Of a stretch of 64,000 bases of DNA, positions 20,479-29,302 are shown one piece after another. Source of the stretch: Lepidodermella squamata (Eukaryota; Animalia; Gastrotricha); the NCBI GenBank assembly GCA_047495785.1, contig JBLDXI010000017.1:62001-126000 (forward strand), given 5' to 3'. The stretch's first letter is position 1. Each line of letters begins with the position of its first letter. The notes under the pieces were generated by a model. That model searched no databases. It saw only the letters and a list, made by a program, of their open reading frames with translations, and was not told where the DNA came from. The position numbers and the translations under genes are program-made.

Positions 20479-22785
20479 ATGTTCGTTGTTTTCATAATTG
20501 CTTCAATTTTGACTGTGACAAGTAGCCGTAAGCCTTACAACTTATCGCTACTGGTCACAGTAACTGAAACTGGGAATGAGCCTGTTGAAGGTGTCGGGTG
20601 TAAAGCTGGCATTCAGGTTGCCATCGATGCTTTCAACAAACGGTCAGATAAGCTGCCAAACTACAACATCGTGCCCGATTTCCGCGACGAATCTGACGGG
20701 TCAATCTTTGCAACTGTCCGAACTTTCGAATTCCTGAGGGAAACTGAACAAGATGGTCGGTCGATATCCCCTATCACGATTGGGTCGTGGTTTTCAACCG
20801 GCTGTGGGCCTCTCGGAAAAACCCTGAAGCATATCAACTTGGTCCAGGTTGCTCTGGGCTGTAACTCGGCTAATTTCGCATCGAAAAGGACAATGCATCC
20901 TAATACTTATCGTACAGGCTCAACTGCTAACTTGCTAGCCTATCCCTACGTTAAATTTATCATGGATGTTGGCAAATGGACGCGATTGGCTATCATAACT
21001 CAACTCACAAACGGTTTCGATGTCTCAATCGCCTTGAGGATAAAATACGAAGCTGATCGAAACGGCATTGAAATTCCTCATTTCGATGTTACAACAGACG
21101 TCGACGATTACACGGTGTATTACTTGATGCAAAATGACCCTAGGGTAATCGATCTTCAGATCTCTTTCCCGCCACTCGTCGTCAAGTTCTTATGCCTGAC
21201 TCACAAATACGGAATAACCGGGCCAAAATATACTTTCTTGCTACTTTTCGAGGTATTCTTCGAGCCGAAAGAAGTTCCTGAGGAAATAATGCCTGGGTGC
21301 ACTCGGAAAACTATCGAAACTCAACTACGTTACGTAATCTGGTGCGGATGGACTACTGAAGATCTGATCACCCCCGAAGCCCCAACTGCAGCGGGTTATG
21401 GGTTGAGCACCTTTGAAAAGCGGTACTTTGAACTGACAAAAGGCGTAATGGCTGCAGATTACGGTCGAAGATTGAACTGCCATGATGCAGCCTTGAATAC
21501 AATTCTGTCACTTCATGAAACCGAGGTTAAACTAAACAAGCTAAACATGACACTGAGTGACTACCGAAGTGACCCTGAGCGGGTAATGCTATTAGCAAAT
21601 CAATCCGTGGCGTCCCTTCAGTTTGACGGGCTACGTCTGAAGAACTTTAGTTATCATCCAAAAACCATGGAAATGGATAATTCAGAGGTCCAGGTTATCG
21701 CTAGATGGACGCAAGAAACAGGACTAGTTATCCACTACCGAGACTACGTGAAAGCCGGAGCCGATGCTTACAGCTTCGCGGGACACGTCTTTGAAGCTCT
21801 GAAACCACTAAAATGGTTCACAAAAAGCGGTAAACCTCCACAGGATCGAACTGTTACATTGGATGTTGTTGAGCAAGTTCCAGTTCAGCTATTCTATTCC
21901 ATTCTGGTTATAGCGATAATCATCACAGTTGTCCAACTAAGAATTCCTATCCGAGGATTCGCCATGTCTGACGCTAGCTATCCTCACAGGTTGGTTCTGA
22001 CCCTTTTGTTCACGGGTTTGGTTCTCCTCAATATTACAAGTGTTTCCCTCTTGAGCGAGACGACGAAAGCTATGTGTATTTTTCGTAACGTTGTCATGGT
22101 TATGGGGCTTGGTTTCCTACAGAGCTTCATGGTTGCAAGTTTATCGACGCTGAACTGCGTGAAGCAAATCAGGGGATCATCAGTCTCTTCTCGCCGCGCC
22201 TCTCACTCTCGATCATCGCATCCTACCCGCTTTACCAGTTTCACGGGCATCCAACCACAAGGGAAAAATTCATCGGTAGGTCCGACGGAAATCAGTCCCA
22301 TCGTATCCCCAATCGATAAAGCCACAGTGGCGATGAAATGGTTGATTTTCCCCATAGCCGTGTCTGTCGTTCTGCTGATTGCTTGGCATTCAAGTGAAAA
22401 ATACAAGGTTAATACAACAATCAATGCCCGACAAATTGTTTACGACGATTATGAAGATGTCTATTTGAGATCCGTGTCTATGGACTGCGATTCCACGGGT
22501 AACTTAGCTTGGATAGTTACGTTCGTTGTCGCTCATCTTATTGGCTACTTTATCGAAGCTCTGTGGATTTTTAAGCTGGCCCATGTCAATTCGTTGAAGA
22601 GCAACCCGTTCCTCAGGGTTTTACGTGTTATCAGCATCAATGGCATTATGCTAATCATTCTCGCATTTCTACTCTGCATTGTTTCCTTGTCGATTACTCA
22701 GAAAATGATAGCAGTTTCGATCATCACCCTTCTGCTCAGCGTTAGTAACAGCGCCGTTCATATGGCTAGTTTTTGGAAAAGATAA
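20479..22785 (+). CDS. GABA-B-like class C GPCR, paralog 4
   Basis: Intact 768-aa ORF colinear with paralogs 1-3; stalk KWFTKSGKPPQDR. Confidence 0.9.
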   Translation: MFVVFIIASILTVTSSRKPYNLSLLVTVTETGNEPVEGVGCKAGIQVAIDAFNKRSDKLPNYNIVPDFRDESDGSIFATVRTFEFLRETEQDGRSISPITIGSWFSTGCGPLGKTLKHINLVQVALGCNSANFASKRTMHPNTYRTGSTANLLAYPYVKFIMDVGKWTRLAIITQLTNGFDVSIALRIKYEADRNGIEIPHFDVTTDVDDYTVYYLMQNDPRVIDLQISFPPLVVKFLCLTHKYGITGPKYTFLLLFEVFFEPKEVPEEIMPGCTRKTIETQLRYVIWCGWTTEDLITPEAPTAAGYGLSTFEKRYFELTKGVMAADYGRRLNCHDAALNTILSLHETEVKLNKLNMTLSDYRSDPERVMLLANQSVASLQFDGLRLKNFSYHPKTMEMDNSEVQVIARWTQETGLVIHYRDYVKAGADAYSFAGHVFEALKPLKWFTKSGKPPQDRTVTLDVVEQVPVQLFYSILVIAIIITVVQLRIPIRGFAMSDASYPHRLVLTLLFTGLVLLNITSVSLLSETTKAMCIFRNVVMVMGLGFLQSFMVASLSTLNCVKQIRGSSVSSRRASHSRSSHPTRFTSFTGIQPQGKNSSVGPTEISPIVSPIDKATVAMKWLIFPIAVSVVLLIAWHSSEKYKVNTTINARQIVYDDYEDVYLRSVSMDCDSTGNLAWIVTFVVAHLIGYFIEALWIFKLAHVNSLKSNPFLRVLRVISINGIMLIILAFLLCIVSLSITQKMIAVSIITLLLSVSNSAVHMASFWKR

Positions 22786-23008
22786 CGATTGTATAGATTT
22801 GAGGTTCAATTTTTCATGTTCGTGATCTCAATTTGAGTAAACACTATGGGTCTATTTTTGGTCCATATTTCGCAAGAGGCGGCGGACAGAGTGGCTGCTT
22901 CCTTCCTCTTAAAACACACCCCTGCAAGTTCCGTGCTACATGGTACCAAAATAAGCAGATAGCTTTGTCTTTGTGAAATGACTCACATTTTTATTAGATC
23001 TCACAACG

Positions 23009-24229
23009 TTAGAGAAATTTCAGATAGCTCTCCAACACCCTCGGGAGTCCAAAACTATTGCAAGCAGAGTCTCGTGACTTCAACCCAAGAGGTAAATGTC
23101 GTAGAACAACACGACGCGCCATGGCTTGGAGGCTTGTCGCGTAAAAATGCCTCTTGTTCTTATAAAAATTAGGGGTATCACAACAGAAGCCATCGTTAGC
23201 AGACGCGCCATCGAGACATTCGTAGTAAACAGCTAGTAAATCGTAATTACCTGCAGCGCAACAGACCGACCGTATTTCCGATTCGAGCCGCTCGCCCATA
23301 GGGTTGTCCAGTCTACAGCCAGCTCTCAGCAGTGGGAGTATGACATTTAGTACAATTACATGACGTATTTCCCCACAGTACTCAAAAGCTTCCGGTTGTA
23401 AAAGGTGTCCAGAAAATAAGGACCTGACATGCCATGCGTACCAAGCTGCGCACAAGGGGCTAGTCATAGCTCCGGATGACTTGAGATAGGGTTGACAAGC
23501 CTCAATGAAAAACTCCACGGCTCTCCGGCCGATGAACAGAGCGAAAACCGGTAAATTATTCAAAATCCAAGGTTTACCAGGCCGAGGTCTGAAAAAAGTC
23601 GGGATGTAAGATTCCCGCTGAGTCGAAAGTAGCTTTCGAAGCAAGTTGTATTGGTCGCGTATCATAGCACCTTCAACCGGGGACAGATAAAGAGGCGGAT
23701 ATTCTGAAACACTCATGGCTGATATCAAGCTTTTGATTGGATGGCTCTCTACATCTCCGACTATTAAGCAATCCACTAAGGACAGACCGCATTGTTTGAT
23801 GATCAAGTTGAATCGTGCATGCAAGTTAGGAGAAGACCAATCAGCCAACGCATCATTGAGCAGACTAATCGTTACGCATAATGGTAGCCTTGCCTTGGCG
23901 TTAAAATTGCTGAAAATCGATGAAACAACGCTCCATACTTTGGATCGGGCTGAAATTGAGAGGATCGCGAAAAGCTCTTCGTTTGAAAGTGAGACGTATT
24001 CAGAGTCTGAGTCACAGATACGTGGTAGAAGAGTTTCTCGCAGTTTTTGGACCGAATTCAAATCAGCTGGAGAGGTGAAGCTGGTTGATGAGCTTATCAC
24101 TTGAGCCAGCTCGAATTTCAGGTCTTGAGTAACAGATTGTAGGAAAAGCGAAGCCGGACGCTTCAAAAACCCTGGTTGGGATAGCGGGCATGATTCACCG
24201 CAGATGAGACCACCATGGAATAGTGCCAT
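23009..24229 (-). CDS. SOCS-box protein 2, distant paralog of protein 1
   Basis: C-terminal SLQAMARRVVL...LPRVLESYLKFL; shares F-x-IE-x3-PY, SPL-x2-AW and VILPL-x-RAG-x-RL with protein 1. Confidence 0.78.
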   Translation of the reverse strand: MALFHGGLICGESCPLSQPGFLKRPASLFLQSVTQDLKFELAQVISSSTSFTSPADLNSVQKLRETLLPRICDSDSEYVSLSNEELFAILSISARSKVWSVVSSIFSNFNAKARLPLCVTISLLNDALADWSSPNLHARFNLIIKQCGLSLVDCLIVGDVESHPIKSLISAMSVSEYPPLYLSPVEGAMIRDQYNLLRKLLSTQRESYIPTFFRPRPGKPWILNNLPVFALFIGRRAVEFFIEACQPYLKSSGAMTSPLCAAWYAWHVRSLFSGHLLQPEAFEYCGEIRHVIVLNVILPLLRAGCRLDNPMGERLESEIRSVCCAAGNYDLLAVYYECLDGASANDGFCCDTPNFYKNKRHFYATSLQAMARRVVLRHLPLGLKSRDSACNSFGLPRVLESYLKFL

Positions 24230-24632
24230 GGAGTTTTCGATTCACATGAAAATCACAGCCCACTGTGAATTATGTGGGGCGAATGTTTATATTGGAAATA
24301 TACGATAAGTAACTGTATGCGCTGGTTTCCGGTTACCGGTGCTTCTCATGTAAACAACGATAATGAAATGTTGGCGGCTGCACACTCGCTTTGAGAGTGC
24401 GGCAAATAGTGTATGTTCTGGCGCAGTGGTAGATCCAGGCATTAATGGTCAGTTTTTGTTGGCGCCGAAACAAGCTATCGTGTTTCACTTGTGGGCGTGG
24501 CTAAAAAGGCGTGGCCATTTTCACGTTATCAACGCGTCAAAATCACACTCACATCAAGACGTCAACATAGCGAAGAGATTACTTATTTTTATTGATATTA
24601 TCAAGAAAATAGTTGGAAAGATAAGCGCTCCC

Positions 24633-24899
24633 TCACTGACAACCAAGATTGTTAAATTTTCCTCGGTTCGCGGCTGTAGGATCCTGATTTGGCCAGCATG
24701 GTTGAAGGTCTTTCGGGTCGAACAGTTGCGGTGCCGGTGGCGCTGTTGCCGGCCGCGGGTTTTTCGCCAATAAATCCTGAATCTGCTGTTCGCCCGCTGA
24801 TTTGTTGCCGAAAAACGCGATCGCAAATATTCCACCACCTAACAGTAAAACCCCGATTGCGCCAACGGCTATGCACCAAGTGTTATTTGAGCCACCCAT
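24633..24899 (-). CDS. Small 88-aa single-pass membrane protein with Pro-rich stalk and C-terminal Cys pair
   Basis: ATG start, hydrophobic IAVGAIGVLLLGGGIFAIAFFG, PRPATAPPAP linker, CWPNQDPTAANRGKFNNLGC; no family recognised. Confidence 0.55.
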   Translation of the reverse strand: MGGSNNTWCIAVGAIGVLLLGGGIFAIAFFGNKSAGEQQIQDLLAKNPRPATAPPAPQLFDPKDLQPCWPNQDPTAANRGKFNNLGCQ

Positions 24900-25401
24900 G
24901 TTGGCTGCCTTGGTCGGAAAGATTCAATCTAGATGATTAAAAATGCGGTTTTCCGAGACACATTGCAGTAAACAGGGTTATTGACACTTGAAAAGAGCCA
25001 CGCGCGGCGGGCTTAGCTCTCGCTAAGGTGAGAGTCAAAACACGAAACACTTGCAGCAAAAGCACATACGCTACCTATGGGAATAAACTAGTTAGATAAA
25101 TGCGCTTTGTTTTGGCCCGCTAACTCATTTCATCAGCAACGCAATTCAAGTCTGTTGTTGCAAAAACTAGCAAGTCAGAAGTCTGAACAAAAAGTTGTCG
25201 AATCTTTCGAAATATGCGCAACATGTTCTCCAAAGAAATTCAGGATAGTTTTACTTGAAATATGTTTGCAACATTGGATATTCGATCGAGTGTTTCAGTT
25301 ATCTGAGAAGTAAAATTGTTTGAAAATCACGGACTTCAATGAATCTTATTCACAACAAATTGTACTTAGCACATGATTCTTTTTTACGTTATAACGAAGC
25401 T

Positions 25402-25764
25402 TCACAGAAAAGCAGTAGCTTTTGCGGCCTGGCCGTAACAAATTCGTGAGATGACTTTGATTGCCTTGGCCTGGGCGCCTCCGAAATGGCTGAAGCATTC
25501 TTCTATAGACCGAGCGCGCTCCTCAGCTAATCGTTGCTGAATTGCATTAGCAATATTACGAGCTGTGGCGCCGATATCATCATCCCGCATGGCGACTCGC
25601 TCCCTCAAAACATTTCCTATCGAAATAAACACAAGCTGTCAGCAGTTCTTTTGAAATAATTGAGGCTTACTCAATTTCTGATAGTCGATTGTTGGCTTGA
25701 CACAATAGGCGAGAGCGAAGTTGAGCACGAGTACGGCCGATAAAGCGATGAATACCCTGTTCAT
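25402..25764 (-). CDS. Small secreted prepropeptide-like protein (102 aa, two exons)
   Basis: Exons 25764-25671 and 25616-25402 with a 54-nt GTAAGC..TAG intron; signal peptide MNRVFIALSAVLVLNFALA, charged pro-like region, RAR, then SIEECFSHFGGAQAKAIKVISRICYGQAAKATAFL. Confidence 0.7.
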
Positions 25765-26480
25765 GTTTTCAGCTTATTTTTCGAATCTGAGATAATAGTT
25801 CTGCCTTGGACGTATTTATCACACTGAAGAATGCGTGGTGAGATCGTTTTAGCTAGATTGAACTGAGGTGCGATCGTAGCATTCCATCAAGGAAGGAAAA
25901 CAGAGGAGGAAGCTGTTTAGTTGTTGTTTTCGAAGAAATGCCTCGCTATATAATACGTAGGCGTAGGAGTGCTTCCTCATGCCTTGCACCCGGCGAAATG
26001 CATTGAGATGAGCATTTCAATCTGCTGATAGCAACGTCCTCTGGAAATATTTCGAGCTTCACTTAATAGTGTTCAAGGGGATTTAAAAGTTTCAGCAAAG
26101 CAGACCTCGCACTAACGACATGAAACTCGAGAATAATTCAAAGGCGGGCAAAACCTGTTCAAGAGCCACTGAATTTACGGTTTAGAAAACTCGTACGCAC
26201 ATTTCATTTAAATGTTGATGAACCACCAGGGCAATAAATTGGCGATCCAACTCAATTTTTGGACTTCGAAATTCCCACCGGCAGAACGAATGCGCAACCT
26301 TTTATCATTTTGTGATCCTGCAGCGCAATATCAATGATTCGAGGATGAGAAGCATGTTTGTGAACTCGCCAACTACAACATGACAGGAAATTGCGATTCA
26401 CGCGCCAAAGTTTCATTCTGTTTCTCCAGCCTCGGCAAAACTAATATCTGAAGATCAAATTTCAAAATAATAGCGCAGAA

Positions 26481-27729
26481 ATGTTACTTTTCCCACTGCT
26501 CATCGGGTTAGCATCGGCGGAGCTCTTGAGCCATGAGGGATTCCCTCTCAGTCTGTCACGAGCACTTGAGCTGGAGTTTCTGGCTCATTGCCCTTTAGCA
26601 TTAGCAAAAGATTTGATCACCGAAATTTGGCTGAGAAATAATGATTTGCTGGATTTGCCTATTTCAATTGATGTCGAAGTGACCTTAACAAAAGTAGCAG
26701 CTATCAAGGACATTCGGCAAAGGTAACACTAGCATACCTTATCGCACGACGTGTTACCTGCATCACTTGATATTTTTTAGCTTGACGCTAATGCTTGGAC
26801 TCGAAATTGAATGGGAATATCCAGTCCGTGGATGTAGCAGCCTAAATAGCAGCAACCTTCTCAACCCAGGTGCAGCGCACGAACTTGATTTCCAGAGAAA
26901 CAAAACCAAGACATGGTTTCCTCAACTTCTCCACCTCAATGCAAAGCGAGACGTTGATTGGATAATAAATTCACCTAAAGTAGTCTACGTATTCCCCTCC
27001 TATGTTCCAGTTCTCGGGGCTTTATCGGCGTATTCTCGCGTCGAGACAGGGTGTGATATTTTCGATATCCTCAAATTTCCTTTCGACCATATCAGTTGCT
27101 CGCTAGTGATCGCGCTAAGTCGGCCTCTTGAAAATGAAATTTTCCGCAAAATCGTTTGCAAATCCGAGCAAGATTTCGTCATCGAAACTGAAATTTGGCA
27201 TCTGGTTGAAAATTGCAGCAATCCTTTCGTTTCTAATTATTCGAAAGCAGGCGTGACGTACTCCAAGTTTGAGATACGGGTATCGTTCGCAAGAAAATAT
27301 CACTTTTATGTGGGAAATATATTTCTCCCTATTTACGTAACAATCTGGCTGCAAATTTCAGCTCTCATAATGCCACCTTCGCGGCCAGATCGACCGGCGT
27401 TCTGCCTCACTGTTGCTGTTGCTTTCTCTCTCCTGCTATGGCAGGTCAATTCGATAATAACGCCAACATCGGAACCAATTTTCCTTAGAACTTCAATAGC
27501 AGCTAAATTGATACTCTCGGCTGTGCTCACGATTTATTGCCTCATCACAAATGCCTGGGCGAAGTCGAAGTCGGCGAATCGTCGTGTGCAAATAACCGAC
27601 AGCTTCTCTATTCGATACATTCGAGTCGCTGACTTCACAGCGGCGTTTTTATATGTATTTCCTCTCGTTGTTGTTGACTCTCTTTGCTTCTTTGGAATGT
27701 TTGGCTGGCGAGAGACTTTTTTTAAATAA
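26481..27729 (+). CDS. Cys-loop ligand-gated ion channel subunit 2 (divergent)
   Basis: Exons 26481-26722 and 26781-27729; signal peptide, WFP, CDIFDILKFPFDHISC, four TM helices. Confidence 0.88.
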
Positions 27730-27814
27730 AATAATTTCTAATTTCCTGCACACAAAAATTGATTCATGCTGACTGCTGACTGACAAAAATCAAACATACT
27801 CGTTGTCAAATGCG

Positions 27815-29042
27815 ATGCTCCGAGTGTTATACTTTTTTATATTAGCGGCGGCTAAAGCCCTGTCTCTATCAGAACCGAAGAGTCTTTCAGAGGAGCTTTC
27901 AGACCATTTTTTCGCGGAGAAATGCCCACTCGGGACTGCAAAGCAGCTAATTCAAGAAATCTATCTGCGGAGAAATTCCACCGAGTTGCCAATCGTTGTG
28001 GATGTACGCTTTGATATACACCAGGTAACAGAGCTCGATGATATCAACTTACGGTAGGTTTCTTGTCACATACAAGTTAAGGAATCTCCTTTTCCTTAAC
28101 CTTGCGACCAGAATGACGTTCCTCTGTGACGTTGAATTGACGTGGAAGCTACCAAGAAGCGGCTGTGAGCCATTGGACCACGACCACAATACTCATCCGG
28201 CTATGCAATTCTCCGTCGAAAAAGAAAAAGTCTGGTATCCCATGTTATTCCACGAAAATTCACATGACAGCGTCACCTGGATAATGGATAACACTCGCGA
28301 TGTTTACTTCGAGGCATGCAGCGACCCTGTCATGGCTTCTGTTACAACTACATCCTTGGCACAAACCACTTGTGAACAAATAGACCTGCCAAAATTTCCG
28401 CTGGATCATCTCATTTGTTCAGTTGTCGTACAATCGTTGGATTACGCGAAGGACATTGACTTTGGGCAAGTAGCCTTCGAACTTGCATCGATGGATATTA
28501 TATCCAAATCGGATGTCTGGGAATTTCTGCCAAGTTTAGATAACACCACACTAGGAAACGGGAGTTATCCATATAAAGAGAAATATTATAATTATAGAAA
28601 AGTACGCTTCATAGCTAAATTTGGGCGCAAGTATCAATTCTACGTTGGTCACGTTTTTATCCCAATTTATACCATGATAGTACTTCAAGTCGCAGCATTG
28701 ATTATGCCGCCATCCCACCCGGATCGGCCGTCATTTTGCATGGGCGTGGTGATGGCATCATCGGTAAATCTATGGCTTGTTCACTCAGTGGTACCTCGAA
28801 GTTCAGAAAAACTCCACTTAGCATCCATGATCGAGGCTAAGATAGTGATTTCAGCATTGGTTACCATCTACTGCTTGATCGCCAATGTTCTCACGAGGTA
28901 TAAATTCTTTAAACAAGTAGTTACCATAGCTCGTTTTGTGAAAATTCGAAAAATAAGAATAATTGATTCAGTAGTTGGCTTTGTGGCTTTTCTATTATTG
29001 TTCACTGTTGATTTCGTCTGCTTCTGGCTCATCATGGCTTAG
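27815..29042 (+). CDS. Cys-loop ligand-gated ion channel subunit 3, tandem paralog of subunit 2
   Basis: Exons 27815-28053 and 28112-29042 (same intron position as subunit 2); WYP, CEQIDLPKFPLDHLIC, four TM helices. Confidence 0.88.
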
Positions 29043-29302
29043 TTTCTCGGTAAGAATAAACTCATAATTCAACAAGAAAAAGTCAGACATCCAAGATTCA
29101 TTGTTTATTAATATTATACATTATCGTTAATAAGTTTCAACAGGCACCGTTCAGTTAGTGTTTTGGCAATACCTATCACTGAAAGCCGCAGTTTCGAAGA
29201 CCCGCAAGAAATTCAACAACAAAAATAACAACCGTAAATTATTATTCTTTATGTCAGGTTATATATTGGAATTATTTCTGTTAAATGAGCCAAATTATCT
29301 GT

